A stretch of 64,000 nucleotides of DNA from an uncultured Chloroflexia bacterium (GCA_963715915.1 CAVQSU010000006.1:50254-114253), one strand, 5' to 3'. Positions 28,736-37,988 are shown, counted from the stretch's first letter. The notes: a model not told the origin generated them from the letters alone. Translations and numbers: made by a program.

Positions 28736-30115
28736 CTACCTCTTCTTGAATGCTGGTTTTTCAGATTTGGCTGCATTTTCAAAGCGTGCCAGGTTGTTCA
28801 GGAACACTAGCTCAATGCCAGGATGGGTGGGACCATTACGGTGTTTGGAAATGATGATCTCGGCAATATTCTGGCGTGGATTGTCGGGTTCTTTTTCATC
28901 AGGCCGGTGAATAAACATTACAATATCGGAGTCCTGCTCTAAACTACCGGATTCGCGCAGATCAGAGAGAACCGGGCGTTTATCAGCTCTTTGTTCAACA
29001 GCACGTGAAAGTTGAGCACCCACCAGAACAGGGACATTCAATTCTCTTGCTAACACTTTCAAATTACGGGATATGTACGACACTTCCTGCACGCGATTTT
29101 CGGTGCGGGTGTCTCCTGCCATCAGCTGCAGATAGTCGACTATGATCAAATCAAGTTGATGTTCCATATGTAGCCGCCTGCATTTGGTTCGCAATGACAG
29201 CGGGGTAATCGCCGGGGTATCATCCAACCAGATATGGGTATCACTCAAGACCTCAATAGCATGGTTGAATTTTGACCATTCATCATCATACAATTGACCA
29301 GAGCGTAATCGTTGTGTGTCGATTCCTGTTTCCTGAGCAATCAAACGTTGGATCAATTGTTCGTTTGACATTTCCAGAGAGAAGACAGCCACATGTTTGC
29401 GGTGTTTCTGGGCTGCATTTTTTGCGACTGAGAGCATAAAACCAGTTTTACCCATACCGGGGCGTCCGGCAATAATTAATAAATCGGATTTTTGCAAACC
29501 GCCCAGAATCTTATCCAGATCGATTAAGCCGGTTGGGACACCAAAGATTTCATCCGGGCGTTGAGAAAGCTGATCAATACGGTCGTAGTAGCTACCCAAA
29601 ACTTGCTGGATCGGTTGGAGGTCATACGTAATACGTCTTTCACTTAAACCAAATACTGCTTTTTCTGCTTCATCCAACAGAGTATTGACTGATTTTCCAC
29701 GATCATAAGCCTGTTTGGCCAGGTGATTGGCAGCTTCCAACATCCTGCGGCGCATGGCATTTTCTTCTACAATCTCGGCATACGCTTCAGCATGCAGGGA
29801 AGTTGGTGTTTGATTGATCAGCGTTGCCAGATAAGCTGTTCCACCGATTTCCTCAAGATGGTTCTTCTCGTTCAGGGCTGCACTCACCGTTAGCAGATCG
29901 ATCTTCTGACGCCGTTCTATCAATGTTGAGTATGCTTCCCATACCCAGCGGTTACGAATAATGTAAAAATCATCCCCTTTAAGTTTTTGTGAGAGATCAA
30001 AATATGATTCAGGGAATATTAAAACTGCGCCTAATACGGCTTCTTCTGCTTCGCGATTATGTGGTTGTTGTGAAGAGATTGAGTTTGTTTCTTCTGGTGG
30101 TAAATAATCCATCAT
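28736..30115 (-). CDS. dnaB: Replicative DNA helicase DnaB
   Basis: The N-terminus is PHNREAEEAVLGAVL. Walker A is GRPGMGKT, Walker B is LIIVDYLQLM, and AQLSR and SGSLEQDSD are present. There is no intein. Confidence 0.93.
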   Translation of the reverse strand: MMDYLPPEETNSISSQQPHNREAEEAVLGAVLIFPESYFDLSQKLKGDDFYIIRNRWVWEAYSTLIERRQKIDLLTVSAALNEKNHLEEIGGTAYLATLINQTPTSLHAEAYAEIVEENAMRRRMLEAANHLAKQAYDRGKSVNTLLDEAEKAVFGLSERRITYDLQPIQQVLGSYYDRIDQLSQRPDEIFGVPTGLIDLDKILGGLQKSDLLIIAGRPGMGKTGFMLSVAKNAAQKHRKHVAVFSLEMSNEQLIQRLIAQETGIDTQRLRSGQLYDDEWSKFNHAIEVLSDTHIWLDDTPAITPLSLRTKCRRLHMEHQLDLIIVDYLQLMAGDTRTENRVQEVSYISRNLKVLARELNVPVLVGAQLSRAVEQRADKRPVLSDLRESGSLEQDSDIVMFIHRPDEKEPDNPRQNIAEIIISKHRNGPTHPGIELVFLNNLARFENAAKSEKPAFKKR

Positions 30116-30348
30116 AATTTTCCAGCTTTCGGGACTTGGATGTCAATTCTACCAAACAACTGCCTCAATTGAAATTGCAACGAGTTGTGGATTCTACATT
30201 AGTACGTTTAAATAGAAATAGGCATCAAACGTTTCCTGTTTTAATTTATCTACCTAAATTATATAAGTGATCAGAAGGTTAAACAAATAACTTGCAAGTT
30301 GAAATTTCTTGTTCTTGATTCGATGCGGGTTTTTAATATATAGAAGAA

Positions 30349-30948
30349 TTACTTATCCGGTTCCTCATCGGTTGGATTATCTTCTTCATCATCTTCATCC
30401 AATCCACCTATATCCAGGGAGCCCAAAAAATCTTCAAAAACGGATAATCTTTCTTCGTTAATTTCATCTACAGGCTGTTGGGTGTTTGCTAAAGGAGCTT
30501 GTGATTGCTCAATATCACTTTCCTGGATATCTGCCTCAGGAATAATACCAGCGGAGCTCATGACTTCTTCAGACACCAGAATTTTGGCATGTACACGTGC
30601 AGCTAAAGCCAACGCATCGGAGGGTCTTGAATCAATTTCGATTACATCTCCGTTGATTTCAACAATCAAATTTCCATAAAACACATCATCTCTTAATGAA
30701 AGAACTTCAACCCTGAGCAAACGGGCATTCATTTGATTAAAAATGTTTTTTATTAAATCATGCGTCTGAGGTCTGGAAACTTCAATCTCCTGTAATGCAA
30801 TGGTGATTGATTCAGCTTCATAAGGGCCGATCCAGATGGGCAAGTAACGTTCTGCATTAATATCACGTAGAACAACGATTCTCTGTTGATTCGTCAGACT
30901 GACACGTACGCTATCGATGATCACTTCGACCATTTTTGTGTTTGACAT
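30349..30948 (-). CDS. Bifunctional nuclease (BFN/DUF151) family protein with an acidic C-terminal tail
   Basis: The DUF151 core reads LPIWIGPYEAESI...RPQTHDL...V.I.DSRPSDALALA.R. The tail is DEDDEEDNPTDEEPDK. Confidence 0.78.
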   Translation of the reverse strand: MSNTKMVEVIIDSVRVSLTNQQRIVVLRDINAERYLPIWIGPYEAESITIALQEIEVSRPQTHDLIKNIFNQMNARLLRVEVLSLRDDVFYGNLIVEINGDVIEIDSRPSDALALAARVHAKILVSEEVMSSAGIIPEADIQESDIEQSQAPLANTQQPVDEINEERLSVFEDFLGSLDIGGLDEDDEEDNPTDEEPDK

Positions 30949-31042
30949 TTTTCCTCCCGCAGGGAAATGAGCGGATCCTTATCCTTATTTTAACATGGTG
31001 ATACACTGCGCGCAAATGATCGTACAGTTTGTTCTAAATGCA

Positions 31043-31101
31043 CTTAACAGTTTTTCTTAAGATTAGCTAACCTTAAGAAAAACTGTTAAGTTGTTTTTTT
31101 T
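31043..31101 (+). terminator. Orphan terminator-like perfect 19-bp inverted repeat plus T-tract
   Basis: CTTAACAGTTTTTCTTAAG (31043-31061), a 10-nt loop, CTTAAGAAAAACTGTTAAG (31072-31090), then TTGTTTTTTTT. There is no annotated plus-strand gene upstream. Confidence 0.5.
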
Positions 31102-31183
31102 AAGGTTAAGGTATAATAAATTCACTTATTATTCAAACTGCATCATTGGCTCTTAAGATTTTAGAATTCATTCATTTTTTTAT

Positions 31184-31211
31184 TTGCATTTTGAATAATT
31201 GTGTATATAAT
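31184..31211 (+). promoter_or_regulatory. Sigma-70-type promoter of the response regulator gene
   Basis: TTGCAT (31184-31189), a 16-nt spacer, then TATAAT (31206-31211). Confidence 0.5.
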
Positions 31212-31270
31212 CGGCGAACACCGTTTTAACAGAACACTTTCTTAAAAAGCTTTTTTATTCATAAGAATAG

Positions 31271-31945
31271 GTGGTAGTGTATTTGTCAGGCAAAATCTTG
31301 GTAATTGAGGGAAAAAGAGCAGAACGATCTTCGTTTGTCGGGGGATTAACGAAGAAGGGTTTTCGCGTGATAAGCGTACCCAGTGGAAATGCCGCATTAA
31401 ATAAATTAGAAAAAGAACAACCAGATATCATTGTAATTGATGCAGATTCGATGCGAACCAGTGGAAAGCGCATCTGTCAATCTTTACGATCAGCAACCAG
31501 CCAAACCCCGATCATCTTAATTTTAGGAAATGGTGTAAACGAGAAAGATGAATTTGATGCGGACGTTATCATGCACTTACCGTTCACCTTGCAAAAATTA
31601 CTCAACCGCATTAAGGTGTTGTTACCACTAAAACCCAGTAATGATGTAATGAAAGCTGGACCGATTGAATTGGATCTTACACAGCGATTTGTTAAAGTTA
31701 ATGAAAAGCAAATCAGTCTTACACCCCGATTAACGCGACTTCTGCAAGCGCTCATGCAGCAACCCGGCCAGGTGTTTGGACGCGACGAGTTGTTTAAATT
31801 CGTATGGGAAACAGATTATATTGGTGATACCCGTACACTGGATGTACATGTTAGCTGGTTAAGAAACTTAATTGAGGACGATCCACGTCACCCTGATTTT
31901 ATTAAAACAGTCAGAGGGGTTGGATACCGTCTGGATTTTGATTAG
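31271..31945 (+). CDS. OmpR/PhoB-family winged-helix response regulator with a degenerate receiver domain
   Basis: The C-terminal trans_reg_C domain reads LTPRLTRLLQALM...TLDVHVSWLRNLIE...IKTVRGVGYRL. The receiver keeps the D of IIVIDADSM but lacks the acidic pair (VIEGK) and the conserved Lys (HLPF). The start may be TTG 31283, after AGGTGG. Confidence 0.8.
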   Translation: MVVYLSGKILVIEGKRAERSSFVGGLTKKGFRVISVPSGNAALNKLEKEQPDIIVIDADSMRTSGKRICQSLRSATSQTPIILILGNGVNEKDEFDADVIMHLPFTLQKLLNRIKVLLPLKPSNDVMKAGPIELDLTQRFVKVNEKQISLTPRLTRLLQALMQQPGQVFGRDELFKFVWETDYIGDTRTLDVHVSWLRNLIEDDPRHPDFIKTVRGVGYRLDFD

Positions 31946-31967
31946 TAGAATTTCATTCATTTTTTTG

Positions 31968-32007
31968 CGAAAAAAAGGTTGAAATCCATTTGGATTTCAA
32001 CCTTTTT
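31968..32007. terminator. Bidirectional intrinsic terminator between convergent genes
   Basis: An A-run, GGTTGAAATCC-attt-GGATTTCAACC, then TTTTT. Confidence 0.72.
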
Positions 32008-32034
32008 AATTAAGAGATATGAAAAAATCTTTGG

Positions 32035-33156
32035 TTACCCCATGATTCCAAGTGTGATGGCTAACAATAGCCCACCAGCAATAACGGAACCTAATTGACC
32101 AGCAGTATTTGCACCCATTGCGTGCATCAGAATGAAATTCTCAAAATCTTCTTCCTGAGCAGCTTGAGCGGCTAAACGTCCAGCCATTGGGAATGCACTG
32201 ATACCACAGGCACCAATTAATGGATTAATCTTTCCGCCGGATAGAACTTTCATTAGTTTACCAAATAAAAGACCTGCGACTGTATCCAGTACAAAAGCAA
32301 ATAAACCGATCAGCAGAATGCCAAGAGTCTTGACATTTAAGAAAGATGAACCAATCATTGTTGAACCTACAGCCAGACCTAAAAACAAAGTCGATACATT
32401 AATCAATTCGTTTTGAGCAGCTTTATTAAGGCGATCAACAACACCTGATTCTCTTAAAAGGTTTCCTAGCATTAGAGTTGCAATAAGTGGTGCAGCATCA
32501 GGAGCTAACAAGCTGATGATGATTGTGATGATGATTGGAAAGGCTATTACTGCTTTATTTGATACCGGTTTGGCGGAATACTCCATCCGAATTAATCGCT
32601 CTTTTCGGGTTGTGAGGAGTTTCATCAATGGAATTTGTATGACTGGTATCAAGCTCATGTACGAATAAGCTGCAACCGCAACAGGGGCCAGGATCTCAGG
32701 AGCAATTTTGGTTGTAACGAAGATTGCCGTTGGACCATCAATAGCACCGATTGTTCCAATAGCAGCAGCTTCATTTAAGGGAAACCCCAATGCTAAAGCA
32801 ACCATTAATGCACCGTAAATGCCAAATTGACCTGCAGCACCTAATAAAACCATTCTTGGCATAGAAAGCAACGGTCGAAAATCGATCATTGCTCCAACAC
32901 CAATAAAAATTAAGAGTGGGAACAATTCGGTTTTGATGCCGGCATCATAAATAACTTTAAAAACACCATGATCAGAAGACATTCCTAAATTGGCTAGGAT
33001 ACAACCAAAACCGATTGGAAGTAATAATACTGGTTCATATTCTTTGATAATTGCCAAAGCAATTAAGGTCAAACCAATCAGTATCATTACCCCATTTTGC
33101 CAGGTAAAGTTCGAAAATCCTCGGGTAATTTCAGTAAGTAATTGGGTAAAATCCAT
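32035..33156 (-). CDS. Na+-translocating decarboxylase, beta (membrane) subunit (OadB/MmdB/GcdB family)
   Basis: A polytopic protein with family-typical segments (GFGCILANLG, GAIDGPTAIF, GISAFPMAGR). Confidence 0.9.
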   Translation of the reverse strand: MDFTQLLTEITRGFSNFTWQNGVMILIGLTLIALAIIKEYEPVLLLPIGFGCILANLGMSSDHGVFKVIYDAGIKTELFPLLIFIGVGAMIDFRPLLSMPRMVLLGAAGQFGIYGALMVALALGFPLNEAAAIGTIGAIDGPTAIFVTTKIAPEILAPVAVAAYSYMSLIPVIQIPLMKLLTTRKERLIRMEYSAKPVSNKAVIAFPIIITIIISLLAPDAAPLIATLMLGNLLRESGVVDRLNKAAQNELINVSTLFLGLAVGSTMIGSSFLNVKTLGILLIGLFAFVLDTVAGLLFGKLMKVLSGGKINPLIGACGISAFPMAGRLAAQAAQEEDFENFILMHAMGANTAGQLGSVIAGGLLLAITLGIMG

Positions 33157-33168
33157 GAATAGCCTCCA

Positions 33169-33609
33169 CTAATCAGCGAAGTCTAATAATACATGGTTAT
33201 GTGGAACTTGATCACCAACCGAAACATAAATACGTTCGATTTTTCCGTCTCGCGTTGCACGGATAGCATTTTTCATTTTCATTGCTTCTAGGATCAATAG
33301 TTCCTGACCATTTTTGACTTCCTCACCCTCCCGCACTTTGATCGAATCAATCACACCAGGGATTGGTGCAACAACTGATTTGCCGCTGGCTGAAACAGCA
33401 GGAGCTGTCGGTTTGGGAGTTGCACGTACTGGAGCAGGTGCTGCAGATTTAACAGGTGCAGGTGCGGCTACAACAGATTTTACGACCTGGGTTTCTTCAG
33501 GAAAAACTTCAAATGTTTCTCCATTTACTGTTGCCAGAATGGGTCGAGATTCCAAATCGTCTATTTCCACTTCATAAGTTTCATTTTCAATCTTGATTTT
33601 CATTTTCAT
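33169..33609 (-). CDS. Biotin carboxyl-carrier subunit of the decarboxylase
   Basis: Has the C-terminal biotinyl domain with EAMKM, preceded by an Ala/Pro-rich linker. Confidence 0.85.
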   Translation of the reverse strand: MKMKIKIENETYEVEIDDLESRPILATVNGETFEVFPEETQVVKSVVAAPAPVKSAAPAPVRATPKPTAPAVSASGKSVVAPIPGVIDSIKVREGEEVKNGQELLILEAMKMKNAIRATRDGKIERIYVSVGDQVPHNHVLLDFAD

Positions 33610-33977
33610 TTTGTTTTCCCTCGAGATTTTCGATTTAGTAAATCAGCACTTTGATTAAGAACCTGAGATCTTCTTGATGTTTGCCAGGCGCTGATGGTGC
33701 CAGATTCTTGTGGTTTAATAATGGGAAACTGCTTCTGAAGGCTCATAGCAATTGCAACTGCAACGGATGCAACACGGTGTAATCTTTGAGATTTATCCTC
33801 ATTTTCGACTACTGTTTCTTGCGTTATTTTTTCCACGTCAATTGTTGCGACTTTTGTTGTTTTTTCATTTGTTATGCGAACGAGAATATCCATCAATCCC
33901 CATAAAAGTAGAATTGCTAAAAAGACCAATCCCATACCAATAGCAGTTATAAGTAAACCTTGAGTAATTGGATTCAC
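33606..33977 (-). CDS. Small membrane-anchored decarboxylase subunit (OadG/MmdD-like)
   Basis: A single N-terminal TM helix (LLITAIGMGLVFLAILLLWGLM). Its position between the carboxyltransferase and biotin-carrier genes fits this role. Confidence 0.55.
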   Translation of the reverse strand: MNPITQGLLITAIGMGLVFLAILLLWGLMDILVRITNEKTTKVATIDVEKITQETVVENEDKSQRLHRVASVAVAIAMSLQKQFPIIKPQESGTISAWQTSRRSQVLNQSADLLNRKSRGKTK

Positions 33978-33987
33978 GCGATTCTCC

Positions 33988-35538
33988 TTAAAGTGGAATA
34001 TTACCGTGTTTACGGGCTGGCAAACTTACCGCTTTATCCTTAATGGCATGAAGAGCAAGAATGATTCTCTGTCTGGTTTCACGAGGTTCAATTACATCAT
34101 CGACATAACCGGCTCTTGCAGCAGCATATGGATTGAGGAAAGTTTGGCGATACTCTTCAGTTAATCGTTCTCTTTCAGCATCTTTATCTTCGGCTTCTTT
34201 AATTTGTCTGCCATAAAGAATATTAACTGCTCCACCGGGACCCATGACAGCAATTTCTGCACTTGGCCAGGCTAATGTTACATCAGTTCCAATAAATTTT
34301 GAACTGAGCACAACATAAGCTCCACCATAAGATTTTCTTGTTGTCACAGAGATCTTTGGAACCGTGGATTCAGAATAAGCAAATAGAACCTTGGCACCAT
34401 GTCGAATAACACCATTATGTTCTTGGTTGACACCTGGTAAGAAGCCAGGAGAATCAACGAATGTGATTACAGGAATATTGAAAGCATCACACATGCGAAC
34501 AAAACGGGCAATTTTGTCTGCGGAGTTGATATCCATGACACCAGCTAATTGACTGGGTTCCTGAGAAACAATACCAACAGACATACCATCCATCCTGGCT
34601 AATCCAACGATTGCATTTTGTGCAAATGTTGTTTGAAGCTCAAGGAACGATCCTTTATCAACGATTAAATCAATCGCTTCGTGCATGCTATAAGGCGCAT
34701 TTGGATCCAAAGGAACCAGGCTATTTAATGCCTCTTCCGCACGGTTTGGATCATCGTCAGTTGGAATTACGGGGGGATTCTCAGCATTGTTGGATGGGAA
34801 ATAAGATACAGCCTGTCGGGCTAATTCAAGTGCTTCTTTCTCGTCCTGCCCAACCAGATGGGCTAATCCGCTCTGTCCTAAATGAACTTGTGCCCCACCG
34901 AGACTTTCAAAATCTACATCTTCACCGGTGACTGACTTAATCACTTGTGGTCCAGTTAAGAACATATAAGATTGTTTATCAACCATAATAATCAGGTCGG
35001 TTACGGCAGGAGAATAGACAGCTCCACCTGCGCATGGCCCTAATATGACGCTGATTTGAGGAATTACACCAGAATATATTGCATTACGCTTAAAGATTTC
35101 AGCATATGCACCCAGGCTGTATACACCTTCCTGAATTCTTGCCCCACCGGAATCAAGCATACCAATAACCGGGCAGCCAGTATTTGCAGCCAGATCCATT
35201 AATCGGGCAATTTTCTTTCCTTGCATCTCTCCAAGCGAACCACCCTGGATTGTAAAATCCTGGGAGTACACGTAAACTGTTCTATTATTGATTTGACCAA
35301 ATCCGGTAACTACACCATCAGTCATCTCGTCGCCTGAACCACCCATATGATCTCCACGTTGAACAGTGTATGGTTCTAATTCGTAAAATGTACCGGGATC
35401 AAGGAGCAGTTCAAGACGTTCGCGTGCAAATAATTTACCTTTAGAATGTTGTGACGCGATCCGCTTTTCTCCACCACCAAGCTTAGATTGTTTGCGTTTT
35501 TCACGCAACTCAAGAATACGGGGATCTATTTCTTGCAT
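33988..35538 (-). CDS. Carboxyltransferase (alpha) subunit, methylmalonyl-CoA decarboxylase / acyl-CoA carboxylase beta-chain family
   Basis: Full-length carboxyl_trans-domain resemblance: GGGEKRIASQHSKGKLFARERLELLLD, GGSLGEM, GGARIQEG and GGAYVV. Confidence 0.9.
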   Translation of the reverse strand: MQEIDPRILELREKRKQSKLGGGEKRIASQHSKGKLFARERLELLLDPGTFYELEPYTVQRGDHMGGSGDEMTDGVVTGFGQINNRTVYVYSQDFTIQGGSLGEMQGKKIARLMDLAANTGCPVIGMLDSGGARIQEGVYSLGAYAEIFKRNAIYSGVIPQISVILGPCAGGAVYSPAVTDLIIMVDKQSYMFLTGPQVIKSVTGEDVDFESLGGAQVHLGQSGLAHLVGQDEKEALELARQAVSYFPSNNAENPPVIPTDDDPNRAEEALNSLVPLDPNAPYSMHEAIDLIVDKGSFLELQTTFAQNAIVGLARMDGMSVGIVSQEPSQLAGVMDINSADKIARFVRMCDAFNIPVITFVDSPGFLPGVNQEHNGVIRHGAKVLFAYSESTVPKISVTTRKSYGGAYVVLSSKFIGTDVTLAWPSAEIAVMGPGGAVNILYGRQIKEAEDKDAERERLTEEYRQTFLNPYAAARAGYVDDVIEPRETRQRIILALHAIKDKAVSLPARKHGNIPL

Positions 35539-35573
35539 ACGTTCTCCTCTTTCAATCTGATAATAAATTTTCC

Positions 35574-35602
35574 ATTAGATAGAAAGCATCCAATGGTGCC
35601 AA
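35574..35602 (-). promoter_or_regulatory. Possible promoter of the decarboxylase operon
   Basis: On the minus strand: TTGGCA, a 17-nt spacer, then TCTAAT. It lies about 35 nt upstream of the start codon. Confidence 0.35.
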
Positions 35603-35757
35603 TAAAAGTGTAGGTGCTCTGCCTAAGTTGTCATACAACTAACACCCAAGTCTATTTTAGCTTTAATGAAGAGAAAGTAACAATATATTTCGGTTACAAT
35701 CTGAGTGATTTTCTTCCTTATAAATATAAAATTTCCTATTAAAGGAAGAAAATCACA

Positions 35758-37626
35758 TTAATCATCAAAATCTTCGGATTGATCTGGTATTTCAGTACCG
35801 GGTCCATACTCGTATACTGCCTGCCAGGGGCGATAACGGGTGAAGATTGTATCCGTTATGATCACCTCACCGTTTCTGGAAACTGTTCTGGAGACGGTAA
35901 CATCCGCACCATCTGCAGCCCAATCGATCTGTTTTATTTGGCCTTCATTTAGATCTGGATTTTCTACATATTTAGGTTCTGGTGCTTCGACAACATTAGT
36001 TACACCTGTAGTTGACCAATTAACCTCTCTGCCATCCGATGTTGAGTAGAACTTCCAGACAATACTGGAATAGGTCGGATTGACATATGTTTCCATCAGC
36101 AGCCAATTATCGGTATCGTTAGTGAATTTAAAATCTACAATCGGCACAAATACAGTTGCATCCAACCCTGCAAGGCGCGGATCGATTGAACCTCCGGCAA
36201 CTCTTTCATAATAGGACACACGATAAGCATGTGGGTAACGTTCCACAATTGGGAATCCAGCAAAAAATGCTGCTCGAAATAACGTGGTACTTACCTGGCA
36301 GACTCCACCACCCACACCCTGAATGGTTTGCCCACCGGCAATGATTAATGCCTCTGCGTAACCGTTTTCCAATGTAATGTCACCCAAAGCTTCCGCCATG
36401 GAGAAAGTTGCACCTGGAGGCACCATTACACCATGAAATTTACTGGCAGCAACGGTGATATTCTTTACCCGGTCCGCACTGGATCCATAGAAATATGATA
36501 CTTCTTCATGGACCAATTCCGTAACTCCTAAATCAGCACCTTTTACATCATTGGTCAGAATAGGTTTGTTGATATCAAAAACAAGCGGGATCTCGTGGCT
36601 ATTATCGGTGACAATTTGCTCCTGAATGGTTTTAATCGTTGCATCGATATTCAATTCCCTGCCGATAATGGCTGATTCGATTACTTCTAATTCGCGGGTT
36701 TCATCATTGAAAATATAATGAGCGTCTTTGGGGTCAAGTTTCAATGAAGGAGAAATTTGATTCAGAAAATCATTCAGAAAAGCGCTATTTATGCCTACCT
36801 GGTAACGGTTCCCATCGTCATCAATAATGCGTTCGATGCGTAAGTTTGCAGCAAGCGTATTGATATCAAATTCCCATGGGCTCCCTTCAGCATTTTCAGC
36901 GGTTAATATCAGGGGTTGACTCAATATTATTTTTGCCAGGGCAGCCTGTTCTTCGACATCCAGAATATAAGGTGGCGTCTCTTCAATAACGAGTTCAACC
37001 ATACCATCTTGCATTTGCTGTAGCAAAAGCGCTATTTTCTCGAGGGTAGCATCGATATTGACTGTTCTGCCAATTTGGCCGCTTTGAACCACTACTTCTG
37101 CTCCATTCAGACCTAATTCGGCCTCGATAACTGGTTTGTCGATCAGACTTGCAACCTGTTTTACCTGCATATAAGCCACTCGCTGGTCAAAAATAAAACT
37201 GGGTGAAATGCTTTGCCCATATCGCCAGGCTATCCATTGCTCATTTAATCGTGCGATCAAATTCCCATCGCGACCGATTTCAAATGCATGCGCAGCTGTT
37301 GATTCGGGATCCATATACATCCCAAGTTGAGCTGGCGTGAGCAACCAGGTTTGTTCACCGTCTCGTAATAAAATTCGGCCTTCTTCAAGGTATGATACCT
37401 GATCATTCAGGATCAATGCCGCTTCCTGAGGGGTCATGCCGCCCACATCGATACCAGAGACTGAAACACCAGGCGTGATACGACCGGCCAGCCAGACCTG
37501 AATCCCCAGGCCGAATGCGATTAATAACCCAGTCCCGATAATGCAGCCGGCAAATATCGCAATCAGAATTTGCTCTAATACCGGTAAAGTCGTTTTTTGT
37601 TGGTATGTAATACTCGTCATCTTCAT
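35758..37626 (-). CDS. VanW-domain protein with an N-terminal TM anchor and a C-terminal G5-like domain
   Basis: The VanW core reads GGGVCQVSTTLFRAAFFAGFPIVERYPHAYRVSYY. There is a single TM helix near the N-terminus. Confidence 0.8.
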   Translation of the reverse strand: MKMTSITYQQKTTLPVLEQILIAIFAGCIIGTGLLIAFGLGIQVWLAGRITPGVSVSGIDVGGMTPQEAALILNDQVSYLEEGRILLRDGEQTWLLTPAQLGMYMDPESTAAHAFEIGRDGNLIARLNEQWIAWRYGQSISPSFIFDQRVAYMQVKQVASLIDKPVIEAELGLNGAEVVVQSGQIGRTVNIDATLEKIALLLQQMQDGMVELVIEETPPYILDVEEQAALAKIILSQPLILTAENAEGSPWEFDINTLAANLRIERIIDDDGNRYQVGINSAFLNDFLNQISPSLKLDPKDAHYIFNDETRELEVIESAIIGRELNIDATIKTIQEQIVTDNSHEIPLVFDINKPILTNDVKGADLGVTELVHEEVSYFYGSSADRVKNITVAASKFHGVMVPPGATFSMAEALGDITLENGYAEALIIAGGQTIQGVGGGVCQVSTTLFRAAFFAGFPIVERYPHAYRVSYYERVAGGSIDPRLAGLDATVFVPIVDFKFTNDTDNWLLMETYVNPTYSSIVWKFYSTSDGREVNWSTTGVTNVVEAPEPKYVENPDLNEGQIKQIDWAADGADVTVSRTVSRNGEVIITDTIFTRYRPWQAVYEYGPGTEIPDQSEDFDD

Positions 37627-37988
37627 TCCATTAAATTGTTATTAGAATTTCCTGTTGCAAAAAAGACGCCAGAATTGCGTGAAAAGTTCCTTGTAATCAG
37701 AATTACCATTTCATTATACTGGATTTGGATCTTCCCTCAATGGAGGGATATAACCAATGAAAGCGAATTTGAAATTGAATCAAAAATTGGTCATTGAATC
37801 ACTTGAACTCTTATGACTGTTGCGGTATAATTCTGCTCGCTGCAAGAAACAAAGCAGCCCGGTCTAATCAGAGATGAGAGATCGTTCACAAAAGAATACT
37901 TGAAGAAGGCTATTATAAAGTCAACGCAGGAAACCATAACGCACCGGTGTCCGCCCGAAAATGGAGTACATCGGTTGTTTTTTGCCTC

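Noticed and set aside
26715-30115. Interpreting the DnaC-like/DnaD-like/DnaB genes as an IS21-type IstB or a prophage replication module.
   Set aside because: There is no IstA transposase, integrase, terminal inverted repeat, att-like duplication or phage structural gene. The flanks are ordinary chromosomal genes. Because the DnaB looks like the canonical replicative helicase, a chromosomal operon is the simpler reading.
30116-31270. A possible replication origin (oriC) next to dnaB, because of AT-rich intergenic DNA.
   Set aside because: I found only isolated, degenerate DnaA-box-like 9-mers (GAATCCACA near 30185 and TTATCCTTA near 30978). There is no cluster of TTATCCACA-type boxes, and neither dnaA nor dnaN is nearby.
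35705-35756. A 15-bp inverted repeat (GTGATTTTCTTCCTT / AAGGAAGAAAATCAC, 22-nt loop) just after the VanW stop, as a notable regulatory element.
   Set aside because: It is most simply the VanW transcript's 3' hairpin. It lacks a following U-tract on the minus strand and has a long AT-rich loop, so I could support neither a confident terminator call nor anything more unusual.
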